Shown here: in pieces, positions 26,141 through 38,604 of the stretch
Layout of the letters: the number at the start of each line of letters is the position of its first letter
Numbering within the stretch: the first letter of the stretch is position 1
Assembly: GCF_006345805.1 (NCBI RefSeq)
Contig: NC_043004.1
Location: forward strand, 44,454,001-44,518,000
Direction of reading: 5' to 3'
Source of the DNA: Octopus sinensis
Taxonomy: Eukaryota
DNA length: 64,000 nt
The notes under the pieces: generated by a model
What the model saw: the letters and a program-made list of their open reading frames with translations, nothing else
Databases searched by the model: none
What the model was told of the DNA's origin: nothing
Program-made: the position numbers and the translations under genes

Positions 26141-27713
26141 TCCTTAGTAGAAGGCTTGGTTGGATTTCCAAGTTTCTGATGCACCGTGGAAATCACAGTA
26201 GAAAGGAAAGGCGGTAGGATGTGAGGATGGGTTTCAGTAATAAATGGGTGAATAAAGAATCAAGATTTTTATAGAGAGAAGAAGCATCTAATTGCTTTGG
26301 CGGTCGAGGGAAAAGACAGACAAGATAAAGCACGGAAAGGAGGGAAGCATTAACAAACTGCCTTATAGGTAAAAGTAGCAGCGGTTGGAATAATAGAAAG
26401 AGAATGGAAGATGAGAGATAAAGAAATGAGAGAGAATAAGAGAGAATAGAAGGTCGAAGATCGTAGTTAACATCTTATTGTTGTCAAAGAAGAAACAGCG
26501 TTTCTTTAAGATGCAAGAAAATGTGTAGGCCGAGCGAGTTAAAGAGATGAGAAAACGAGACATGAGCTCGTAAAAATTATAAATCAGGAAGACAACGGGA
26601 AAAAAAAATTAAAGGATGAAACCAAAGTAAAAATGGGGGGGGGGGTAGTTGAAAAGTCTTTCGACTCGGTCATGCCATAGGTGTAAGAATTGGGAAACTT
26701 TAGGAAGAAGGAAAATCATTTTAATATTTTCCAAGGAACGAAAAATCGTTGTGATGTCTGCAGAAGAAACAAAAAAAGTATACAGCTCATTATTGCGCAA
26801 ATGATTGAAGAGTTTCACTGGTTATATGTACGCTGATTAGAAAGCTGACTTTCTTGTGGACTATGTTTTATGTTTTACGTAGAGAATATTAATTTGTGAG
26901 AATTCTAAAGCAATACAATAAAACATGCTACATCAGCCAACAACGGGATTCAAACAAAAGATCGATTGTTCACCGAGTGGCCTAGCTAATCTTACGATAC
27001 GACGAGAACAAAAAGAAAATACAATGTTTCCTTTCATATTTAAATACACCAGTGTTTTTATATTGTTACTATATTAATATTGAGGAAAGAAAAAACAAAA
27101 CAAGATTTGTCACCAATGAGAAAGAGGGAAGGAGTGAAAAACATAAGAAAAACAGAGAAGGATGGCGGGAACGGTGGGGGGAGAGACAGGAGAAGAATGA
27201 GAAGTAAGTCTTAAAAGAAAATTCCGTAAATATGTCTCCCGAGAAATATAGCATTTAGCAAGTAATTTAGATATATTGCAATATCCGACAACAGGGAATT
27301 AATAGGTAAATTGAGTAGAGACGTAGAATTTGAAGTTAAAATTCAATATGTTCATGAATGCTTATGTGTATGTGCTATGTATGAATTTACGTGTATGTGT
27401 ATGTAAGCATGCATTTACAATGAATTGCATTCGTTCTTCATGTCTGTATTAGAAACATGGAAAGGCAGCAATATCACAGCATAGAGTGCGGCGAGCTGGC
27501 AGAACCATTAGCACGCCGGGCGAAATGCGTAGCCGTATTTCGTCTGTCGCACATGTGTTCGTGAAGTAAGAATTGCTGTTTCGTGGTGTTAATATTGTTA
27601 ACAACTGTTGTTTCTTGTTAAACTGTTGAATAACTTAACTGTTGGAGTTTTCAATTGAAAACACTTAGTGCTTGTGGTAGCACGCGTTGTTCATTCCCCC
27701 TTTGGGGGGAAGA

Positions 27714-29237
27714 ATGTCGTCTAGCATGGAGCCTACCGTTGGAGCAGACATACTTGTTTCTCCTGTTGAGAGGAGGAAATACATGCCCGGCGAGGAGCCA
27801 ACTACAGACAAGGAAATAGGGGTTTCCCCCGCTACAAGAAGGAATAGCAGAGAGGATAATATATTTGATATTTTTGGAGATGTGTCTGAGAGCTCGTCAG
27901 AACTTTCACCAGAAGAGTTTCCGACTTTGCCAGAGAACAAAGGCATTGTGTCGAAGAGAATAATTGATGTGCCTAGCATCCAGATAGAACCAAAAAATGG
28001 AAAAAAAAGTTTTGCGTTGGCTGCTGGGGGTGGAACCCAGATACTGTCGACGAATAAAAGCGAAATTATGAAATACAGCAAAATGATGGAAATAAATGAC
28101 AACAGTGTGAAAATTGAACCTCCGCAAAAGTTATTACAGGAAGAAAAGCAAAAAACAATAATTTTTTCAAAACATATTGTCTACAAAATAGAAAAATTGA
28201 AAGAATGTCAGAAGAGAAAATAGAAAAGTGCTTAAAGCCAATATTGGGCGACGTAGTATTTCTGAGAAGAGGAAAAAAATTCGGAACGGTGGAAGTAAGG
28301 TTCACCAATAAAGAAATAGCACACAAGAACTCAGTGGAAACGTTGAAAACGAACGACGTGGAGTTAATACCCTATTATATGGGGATGAGGACGTCGCGAA
28401 TAAAAATTACAAGGGTCCCGCCAGAGGTCGAACCTATGTGGTTGTTGGCGGCAGTCCTAATCAAAGAGGTAGAAAAAATTACTCTCCTCCAGGCTACCGC
28501 TACGGAAAACCCACGCTGGGATGGTAAAACAATTAATCTTCTCATTCAAGCGGACCCTAAAATAATTCAAACAATTCCTGAGACAATTGAGGTAGGGGAG
28601 GAGAACCTCGTGGTGTTTGTTGAGGGCCGAAAACCTCGATGTTTTTTATGTGGTCAATTAGGCCACATTCGAAGGAACTGCAAGGAAAATGAAGAAGAGG
28701 AGGAAGAGGAGAAAAAAGACAAAGAGGAAGAAGATAAAGAAGAAACAGATGAGAAAAAAACAACAAACAAAAGAAAATACAACCAGCAACCCAGCCGAGA
28801 GCGGCGACTACTACAGAACAACGACCAAAAAAGACTGCCAGAAGAGAAAAAGAGAAAAAGGCATAATAGCCGTATACACTAAAGATACTGAGCTCATGAG
28901 AGACATTCAGCTCATAAAGACTGTAAAAAAAATTGATAACCTTTCAGAGGAATTTATCAATTACGACATATATGAAGTCTCAAATAAAACATATAGAATT
29001 CTACAAAATAAGTACAGAAAGACTGTATCTTCATTGAGATTAGATTTTAACAAGTCGATATTTCATGGATTACCAGCTCCGATCCCGCGAGAAAAGGAAA
29101 AGGTGGAGATTCCCCCTCCACCTGATAATTCTGTGTCGGTGGTGAGACGGGATTTTGACAAATCTATTTCCCAAGACCGTCCACCTCCGACCCTGATAAA
29201 AAAAGGTGGAGGGTCCCCCTCCACCGGACAATCCTAA
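27714..29237 (+). pseudogene. ORF1 (gag-like nucleic-acid-binding protein) of the Tx1-like LINE, split by 2 frameshifts
   Basis: ATG at 27714 (MSSSMEPT). Three overlapping ORFs (27687-28223, 28205-28882, 28689-29237) join into one protein with an RRM-like region (GTVEVRF..RIKITRVPPEV) and knuckle CFLCGQLGHIRRNC. Confidence 0.85.
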
Positions 29238-29252
29238 TTAAACAGGTAAGTG

Positions 29253-32200
29253 ATGGCTATTCACATTGGTTGTTTAAATGTTCATGGCCTGTTGTCAGCT
29301 GGAAGCAAGGACGCTTTCTGAATGACATCAGGTCGAGAATTTGGATGTAATTGTTGCAACGGAAACCCGGGTGAAGGGGCCAAGAGATCTGCTCCCCCTC
29401 CTGAACGGCTACGAGAAATACGTTTATCCGTCGGGCGGGAGGTGGGGGTGGGGTGTTGGTCCTACTAAAAAGAAACGGGTAGCCGAGAAAAAGTTGGTTT
29501 TTTTCTGACCCAGAAGGCAGGCTGGTCGTTCTCGACTTGACATTCAGTTGTGGCAAGACAATCAGGCTGGTCGCTATTTATGCACCAAACATTATTGGCC
29601 CGCAAACTGAATATTTTCGTGGCCTAGGAATTCCTAGCCACGTCGCATTCACTAGTAGTGTTAGGAGACTCTAATACAATATGTGCAGCACACACAGATT
29701 GTGTTGGCTCAAACTCGAACATGAACAGAAAATGTAACACAGGCTTTCGGGATCTGCTAAGTCAATTTCAGCTAGCAGATCCATATAGGTTGGAGCACCC
29801 GAACACTCCACAGTGGACGTGGTCAAATAGTGACGGGTCTACCAGAACATATCTAGATAGGATTTTAATTAGAGAAAAAGATAAGTCCATAGTTGAGTGT
29901 CCACAGTTTTTTCTAGTCAGCTACAGTGACCACAAGATGGTTACCTGTAAACTGACGGTAGATAAGTTGCATAGACAGGGATCTGGCTACTGGAAACTCA
30001 ATACGTCCCTTTTGGCGATTGAGGAGTACAGAAAGCGGATCAAGATGTTAATACAGAGGGCATTAACAGGTACCATCATTAATAACAAATGGTGGTACGC
30101 CCTAAAAAGAGCCATCAAATATGAGTCTATTAGGTTTAGCATAAGTTTAGCTAAGAAGGGACGTAAAATAGGAGATGGTCTAGTTAAGGAACTAGAAGAA
30201 GCCTGGAGGACTGGTAATACAGACCAAGCGAGGGTGAAAAGACTGGAGTTAAACCAGCATCTTGAAGCCCACCACATGGGAAGTATTACCAGAGCTAAGT
30301 TACGTGCAATGGGAAGTGAAGGAATCAAAGCCGCTGGATGGGCCCGAGTGGTGGAAGCTCGGCAAGGAAATAGTTCCTCTATTCGGTCTTTGACGAATCA
30401 AAATGGTGTCTTGATAAACGAACCCGAGAAAATGTGTGAGGTCTTTCGGGAGTACTTCGCCCAGCTGTTCGGGGGTGACGGCGGTCCTGGTGGTGGGAGA
30501 GCCCTCGAGGACTTTCTTACCGGGCTGCCGTGCCTCTCGGGGTCGGATGCGGAGTCTTGCGAAGGGCCAATCACACTTCAGGAGGTGATGGAGGCTTTGG
30601 CCGATTGTAAAGCGGGTAAGTCACCGGGACTTGATGGTCTTCCGTACGAGCTGTATAAATGTATGCCAGACTACTGACTGACGTGTACGCGAACTGGAAA
30701 CAGAATGGGTTTATCCCCAGATCTGTGCGCCGGGGAGTAGTGACGTTGGTCAGAAAGGACCCGGACAAGGGGGACGTTCTAGAGAATTTCAGGCCCATCA
30801 CTCTGTTAAACGCAGAAGTGAAGATTTTGGCCAAGGTTCTAGCAAAAAGGTTGGCGCGTGTCGCGAATGGTATAGTCGGGGAGGCACAGACATGTGCCAT
30901 CCCAGGCAGAACCATTCAGGATACCCTCCATCTTATTCGCTATACCATAGAGAGGTTTCGTAATAATCTGGCAAAGGTGGGGCATTGGTGCATTTGGACC
31001 AGTCTAAAGCTTTTGATAGGGTTGACCATCGATACCTAGCGACTGTACTTGCGCGGTTTGGCCTGGGCCTTGGCTTCCTCAGGTGGTTTATCGCTTTGTA
31101 CCACAACATTGACTCGATAGTTCGGGCGAACGGTTTCCTTTCGAAGCCGTTCTGCATCAGACGCTCGGTTCGTCAAGGATGTCCGTTTCACCACTTTTGT
31201 ATGTGATGGCTCTCGAGCCATTACTGCAAAGGTTGAGTGGCATCCCGAGAGAACCAGGACTAGAGGAGTTTGTTACGGCTTTCGCGGATGATATCACTAT
31301 CAGTGTAACCACAGTGGCACACCTACGTGAAGTAGGTAAGACTATTGAGGCTTACGAGGAGGTAGCAGGAGCAAAGATTAACCGGGAAAAGTCGGTCGGC
31401 TTGCAGCTCGGCACCTGGGTTGGCAAGTCGATGCCTTCAGACAGTGTTGTTAGGCGCTGGACGGAGGGACCGGTTAAGTTGCTGGGAGTCTGGTTTGGAC
31501 CAGGCCTCCAGATAGAGAAGAACTGGACGGAGGTATTGAGCAGGGTGTCTGCAGTAGTCAAGACCTGGTCTTGGCGGTGGCTATCCCTGAAAGGGAGGGC
31601 GGAAGTGGCCAATGTGTTTATCGCATCGGTCATTACCTACCGCCTGACTGTCGTGCCCTGTCCGGATTCGTGGTTGATCAGGTTGGAGAGACAGCTCTTT
31701 CGCTTTTTGTGGAAGGGCAGGTCGCCACTTGTGAAACGCTCTGTCTGCTGTCAAAAGCCTTTAAATGGAGGTTTAGGGATGCCTTGGTTAATGATGCGCA
31801 GACATGCGTTGAGGTTGAGGCACCTCTGGATTCTCCTGGATAGTGAACGGGTGTGGTCTCCGCTGGCCAGACAAATGTTCCCTGAGTCCAAGAGTTTTTG
31901 CGAACAGGAAGCCTGGTGTTCTCGTAGACCGAGGTCGAGTGAGTGGCATAAAGAGTGCCGTAAGGCCCTCTTGCTGTTCCGACGCTCGGGCAACGCCAGC
32001 GGTGGGGGTTCCACACGGATTTTATATAGTGGGTTGGTAGGGTCTGAATGCGACGATGGCCTGGGGTCGACTCTAGGTCTCGGATTTATTCAACTGGACA
32101 GCTTGTTTCATCGTACATTCGGGTTGAGACGTTGGACAACTTCCAAAAGTCCTTAACCTGGCAATGCTACAGAGGTGCCTTGCCCGTTTGGATAAGCTCG

Positions 32201-32630
32201 CAAGACATGGTAAACGTCAGTCGCCGACCTGTCCAAGATGCGGGGGGGACAGGGAAACCGTCCCTCACGTTATTGTTCAGTGTCCGGAGATAACTGAAAT
32301 GTGGGCTTATGCTGAACATCTGTTGTCCGGCGAAGGAAGAGTACGGCTGTCGACTGAGTCAATTATAAAAATTGACCCACCGGGAGTTCTAACGAACGAA
32401 GGTAAGAATTGTTTTCTCACGGTTGTAGCAATAGCAAAAGAGGCTGTATGGAATACTAGGATAAAAGGAATTAAGACAGGCAACTTTATCTCTGGTGACA
32501 ATTTACGATCCTTTTTTCTTTTCATTTGAAAAGGAAACTGTGGCTGGAGAAGAGGTGTCTGTCAGAGTGTACGTTCCAAAAGAGATGGAAGTATGTTGCA
32601 CGAGTGTTGTGCGTGCAAGGAACCGTGTGA
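29253..32630 (+). pseudogene. ORF2 (APE endonuclease + reverse transcriptase + C-terminal Cys/His motif) of the Tx1-like LINE, multiple frameshifts
   Basis: APE motifs: MAIHIGCLNVHG, LDVIVATET, IRLVAIYAPN, LGDSN, TYLDRILI, SDHKMV. RT motifs: KSPGLDGLPYE, NFRPITLLN, LDQSKAFDRVDH, VRQGCP, FADDIT, GAKINREKS. C-terminal CPRC..HVIVQC, then KRW. Stop TGA at 32628-32630 after manual frame joining. Confidence 0.93.
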
Positions 32631-34034
32631 ATAGACGAGGAAAAAAAAAAAAAAAAATAAAAAGGTATCAGCGGTAGATCGGGGCTTGTGGGATCGGAGC
32701 GTAACTTGATCATCGCTTCATTTGTATTGTTTTTGTACTGTGTATTCCATTCGATTTTTATGTATTGTATTTTATTTTTGATGTCACATTTATGTAAAAT
32801 CATATCGATTCACTGATCCCATCAGTTGTACTGTCCATATCTATGTTTGGCCCCCGGTGGGCAATAAAGAAATTCGTATTTCGTCTGCCGTTACGTTCTG
32901 AGTTCAAATTCCGCCGAGGTCGACTTTGCCTTTATCCTTTCGGGGTCGATAAATTAAGTACCAGTTACGCACTGGGGTCGATGTAATCGACTTAATCCGT
33001 TTGTTTGTCCTTGGTTGTCCCCTCTATGTTTAGCCCCTTGTGTGTAGTAAATAAATAAATATCACAGCTTAGTATAATGACAACTGAAAAAAACACATTT
33101 CACACACACACATACATACATACACCCTACGCGCACACACACACACACACACAAGTAAATACGTCGACACATAGTATAAGGGTGAAAAAAATCAGTCACT
33201 ATATTGAGCATTATTTATATGTATATGCAGATACTTCCATATTGATTCGATTGCTACTCCGAGTTTTCTACAGACATTTATTGCTTGAGTAATGACACAG
33301 AGATAACTCTTGACCGGAAGTATGACTGTAATTCGGTATGGTTACTCTCTATCACTTGATATTTATATCACTTCATATTTATCAATGCCGATCAATGTAA
33401 CGAAAACTCCCTGGTCAAAGTTTATTCGTCGAAAAAGGAGGATACTCGGCGTGGATCATAAAGATTGGTATGGGTAATTTGTATAGTTTCGCACGTGATA
33501 TTCAAGCAGCTCCAAATTCTCCAGAAGAAGTGGTGTGTCTGCGATGGTGGTTATCTAAAACACTGGACTTATTTTTTAACATCACGGGCTGTTTCATTAT
33601 AGGCAACTATTATATGATTGCAATATACGGTTCTATAACCAGATAAAATGAAAGAAGAAAACACTGTGCACCATTTACGAGACCAAAAGGAATACATATG
33701 TCACTTATATCGTACCTTAAATCATTAGTAATCAGCCACGTACTGTAGAATAGATGGAATTCAAAGGTGTTATTAATGCTTTATATTTCCTTCCTACAAG
33801 GACAAATAGTTATATATACCTATATGTATATTTCGTATCAAGTTATAAAAATGTGTGATAGTAAATCATTCGGAGTAAGTAACTTACTATCTTTTACCGG
33901 AGGATATTAAATAATTCAACTAGTAAGAGTGGACTATTCTTTAGTTTCACATAAAAGATTTTCTATACCTGTCTATATACCACGGAATTTTAATCAAACG
34001 CTTATGATCCATATATGTATATATACATATAAAT

Positions 34035-34198
34035 ATTCTTTTATTGTTTTATTTGTCGAACAAATTGACCCCAAGACTTATTCTTTGTAAGCCTAGTGCT
34101 TATATCGCGAAGTTCGGGGATGTAAACACACCAACATCAGTTGTCAAGCGAGTGTGAGGAAAAATCTCAAACACACAGACAAAGACAAACACACACAC

Positions 34199-34251
<53 letters not shown>

Positions 34252-34416
34252 CGACGGGCTTCTTTCAGTTTCCGCGTAACAAATCCACTCACAAGGTTTT
34301 GGTCGACCCGATGCTATAGTGGTAGTTACTTGCCCAAGGTGCCACGCAGTGGGACTGAACCTGGAACCATGTGGTTGGTAAGCAAGCTACTTATCATGCA
34401 GCCACACCTGCGCCTA
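34035..34416 (-). mobile_element. SINE family A (3' end deleted)
   Basis: Intact head ..GCCACACCTGCGCCTA, CORE-like box and microsatellite. Confidence 0.88.
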
Positions 34417-34427
34417 TATATATATAT

Positions 34428-34472
<45 letters not shown>

Positions 34473-34827
34473 ATGTGTGTGTAAATTTATATGTATGTAT
34501 ATATTTATTTATATATGTATGTGTGTGCATACATATATGTATATATATATATACATACATATCTATGTGATATATACATATATGTACATATATATCTACA
34601 CACGAACACATACAGACATACCTATATACACCCTCACACATATATGATTATAAACAAGTATATTGTAACCAATTCCTATTATTACAGTGATTCACAAATG
34701 TTTCGTCTAAATTCTGTCTCATGTTACAAACCAAATGAAATTTTATGGGTAGGTGTATACATACGTATACATATATACGCTAACACACTAAGGTCTTTAT
34801 ATAGTTTGTACACTTACTTCTTTGTGT

Positions 34828-34829
<2 letters not shown>

Positions 34830-34878
<49 letters not shown>

Positions 34879-34926
34879 AATGTGTGTGTATGTGTGTTCG
34901 TGTGTGAGAGTGTGTTTGCGAGCGTA

Positions 34927-34960
<34 letters not shown>

Positions 34961-35347
34961 TATATATATATATATATATCTATATATATATATAGATATA
35001 TATATATATATATGTATACATATATATATAATATGTATACATATATATATACATATATATATATATGTATACATATATATACATATATATATATATAATA
35101 TGTATATATAATATGTATACATATATATATATATATAATATGTCTATATATATAAAATAAGTATATATAATAATATGTATATATATATATATATATATAT
35201 TATATAATATGTATATATATATAAAATAAGTATATATATATAATATGTCTATATATATATATATATATATATATAATATGTATATATATATGTAAAATAT
35301 GTATATATATATATATAATATGTCTATATATATATATGTAAAATATG

Positions 35348-35380
<33 letters not shown>
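34830..35380. repeat. (TA)n-derived microsatellite with higher-order units
   Basis: Direct reading; recurring AATATGTCTATAT/AAAATATGTAT units. Confidence 0.95.
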
Positions 35381-35383
<3 letters not shown>

Positions 35384-35619
35384 ATATATTGACTCAGGTA
35401 TTTATTTTTACATTCATATGTATAACTGTATGCATAGGTCTATACATACGCGAACATACATAGCACATATTCGCGAGAGACTACGTTATACAATATCAAA
35501 TTTTTAATAAATTTCTCTAAATATATTTATGGCTTTAAAAATGCTATTTCATAAAATACAAGCTATATTATAATATGTTTATAAGTAATTGCTGTACCGT
35601 CACTACCCTCATCCTCAGC

Positions 35620-35947
35620 GGCTTCATTGTAATATATCATCACGATCATCATATATTTCCGTTGTACCGCATATCATTATTGTATATGCCGCCGTCATCA
35701 TCAGCACTGCGATGACCATCATTACTACTTTGATCATATGATATATTTCTACACAATCTTCGCCATCATCATCATCATTTTAATACGATCGTCACCGGAT
35801 TCATCACTGTCACGATTACCACGAACATCATCACCATCATCATCATCATCATCCCTAAATTTGTTCTAACACCACTACGAACACCAATAGTATTACCACT
35901 AACAGGAATACCACCACCACTACCATCTCATCACCGTCATCATAATT

Positions 35948-35979
<32 letters not shown>

Positions 35980-35990
35980 CACCATCATGT

Positions 35991-36053
<63 letters not shown>

Positions 36054-36180
36054 CCATCATGTTCATCATCATCATCACCACCACAACCATCATCATCACC
36101 ATCATCATCACCACCATCACCATCATCACCATCACCATCATCATCACCACCATCATCATCATCATCATCATCACTTTGAA
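35620..36180. repeat. (ATC)n/(ACC)n microsatellite
   Basis: Direct reading. Confidence 0.95.
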
Positions 36181-36579
36181 GAGCTCAAACGCACCGTCAT
36201 TTTGATCTCCATTATCATCCTCATGGTGTTGATCCGTAGAATTCACAAAAAAATTAAGCAAAAAAGAAGGCAGACTAGAATAAATAAATAATAACAGTAA
36301 AACAAACTCTCAGCAGCATCAAAGAAAACAAACAGTATCAATACAAAAAAACCTAGTGAGAAAAAAAACACAATAGAATAAGAGTAAATAACAAAAACAC
36401 AACGTAAAAGAAAAGAAAAACACGTATCATCCACAATAATAATAACAATAACATTTACTAAACAGATACGAAGACGACGACGACGTGACGAAAACCAACA
36501 ACTTCACCATCACAGCACCGTCATCTACATCATCATCAGCTTCATCGCGTAAACACAGAAAAGAAACCGAATTGGAACT

Positions 36580-36965
36580 AAATGATTATGATAATGATAA
36601 TGATAATAATGATGATGATGACGATGATGAGGTGGAGGAGGATGAAGATCAAGATGATGATGATGATAATGATGATGATGATAATAATAATAATAATAAT
36701 AATGAGAAGAGAAGAAGAAGTAGTAGTAGTAGTAGAAGAGGAAGAAGAAGAAGAATAAGCAAAAGAAGTAGAAAAAGAAGAAAAAAGAAGGAGAAGAAGA
36801 AAAAAGAAGTACAAGAAGAAGTAGAAGAAGAAGAAGAGAAGGAGTAAGAGAAGAAGTACAAGAAGAAGAGAAGAAGAAGTAGAAGAAGAGAAGAAGAAGA
36901 AGAAGAAGAACGACAACAACAGCAGCAACAACAACAGCAGCAGCAATAACTGAAACAACAACAGC
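36580..36965. repeat. Compound trinucleotide microsatellite (GAT, AAT, AGT, AAG, CAA, CAG)
   Basis: Direct reading. Confidence 0.95.
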
Positions 36966-37298
36966 AGAGCGACAATATCGAAATTAACCGCAACAACATG
37001 AGTGAAATAATTATCTGCCCGTAGAATCTATGTGTTATTTACGATGTAATAAACTAAATATGTTTTATGACTATTTGACCGCATAAAAATGTGCAGTCGT
37101 AAATTCTATGCAACATTCCAGTAATTACAGACCAATAATGAATGCATAATGAATGAGTTACGATAGATTTACACACATATTCACACACACTTACATACAT
37201 GTATATATATATATATGCTCACACACACATATATATAAATAAATATATATATGTATATATATATATTACAAAGAGAGAGAGAGAGAAAGATATCTATA

Positions 37299-37339
<41 letters not shown>

Positions 37340-37437
37340 ATATATATATATATACATACATACATCTATGTGTGTGTGTGTATTCAAATATGTATATTAC
37401 GTTTTGGGATTTGGTATGTGAGCTCAAGTGTTGAAGC

Positions 37438-37686
37438 ATATTCTATTGCGTCTGGGGAGAGTTATTCTCTTTAATTGCCTTATAATTTAACACACTCACC
37501 GCTAAAATTTCCACTTATTTGTTTTTCTGAAATATTCGTTGCGTCTTGCAACCTTTTCAATTGTTGTTGAAAAGGTTGCAAGACTCAGCGAAAATTCAGA
37601 CAAATAAATAAGTAAATCTTACCGGTGAGTGTGTTAAATTATAAGGCAATAAAAGAGAATGACTCTCCCCAGACATAACAGCATAT
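37438..37686. mobile_element. Palindromic MITE (near-complete hairpin)
   Basis: Arms of ~120 bp (GTCTGGGGAGAG..CCTTTTCAA / TTGAAAAGG..CTCTCCCCAGAC) around a 6-nt loop at 37561-37566. Confidence 0.85.
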
Positions 37687-38604
37687 ATATATATTGTATA
37701 CACACACATATATGTATTTCATGACACCGAATATGGTCTGTTGGTAACGAAGAACGAGAAAGTGTTTATCCGTTGTTATTGTGAATGGCCACAGCCAAAA
37801 AATATAAGATTCTTTCACGCAACGTTTTACCGAGAAATATTACATACATAAATACATACATACATAACAAATTAATAAATAAAACATATGCATATATACA
37901 TACATATATGTACGTACCTACATCTACATGTATATACACATGCATATATGGGTACAGGACACAAAAAAAAACGTCGAACACAATGAGAAACGAAAACATA
38001 AACACAAAACCAAGGAAATGGATATTTTTCTTAAACAACGAAAAAGTAGAGTACAGGACATACAACACAAGGAAAATTCCCCTTCTTCAGTCGCCTCTGT
38101 TTCATCTACTCCGCGTTCGAAGGTCACATACATACATACATGCATACATACATACATACATACATACATAGAATCCTCATTCTTGTATATGTGCAAAGAC
38201 ATTGCTAGAAAGAATAATTGAAATGAGTCATTGACGATGCAAGTGAGGCCTTCGAATGACTCTTGAACCTGGTCAAAAATTTGTGCATGTACTACCTGGC
38301 AGAGGGAACGGGTGCCACATACCTATATACATAGAAACATACATATGCGCACGCACGCATGCTTTTACATACAAGTATATATAGATGCAGGAGTAGTTGT
38401 GTGGTAAGTAGCTTGTTTCCGAGTTTAATGCCAAGTGTCTTCAAATATTGGCTCAGGAGGTGTAACCACTAAGGTTGTATTCATAGTCTTCGGATTTTTC
38501 TATGTATGCTAGGCCACTGGTTTAGATTAATAATATTATTTAATAATACTAATTTCTACCCTCATTATCTAACACACACATACACACACACGCATATATA
38601 TATA

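Larger units (their letters stand above)
27547..32874 (+). mobile_element. Full-length L1-clade (Tx1-like) non-LTR retrotransposon, frameshifted
   Basis: 5'UTR, ORF1 with CCHC knuckle, ORF2 with APE-RT-zinc knuckle, and 3'UTR ending AATAAAGAAATT. Exact 13-bp TSD CGTATTTCGTCTG at 27534-27546 and 32875-32887. Confidence 0.93.
27488..33057 (+). mobile_element. Complete tRNA-derived SINE, family B, split by the LINE (27488-27546 + 32875-33057)
   Basis: A-box-like GAGCTGGCAGAA left of the LINE. B-box GAGTTCAAATTCC, central GAGGTCGACTTTGCCTTT..CCTTTCGGGGTCGATAAA and tail right of it. Own TSD AATATCACAGC(A/T)TAG at 27470-27484 and 33058-33072. Confidence 0.9.

Noticed and set aside
29251-29255. TGATG stop-start overlap at the ORF2 start (possible coupled reinitiation)
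   Set aside because: The TGA is not in the ORF1 frame; ORF1 stops at 29237 and the TGA frame has an earlier TAA.
35920-36261. Poly-Met / poly-Ile ORFs
   Set aside because: (ATC)n microsatellite.
36485-36999. Acidic/basic 120-aa ORF and opposite poly-Leu/Cys ORFs
   Set aside because: Compound trinucleotide microsatellite, open on both strands, with no splice or domain evidence.
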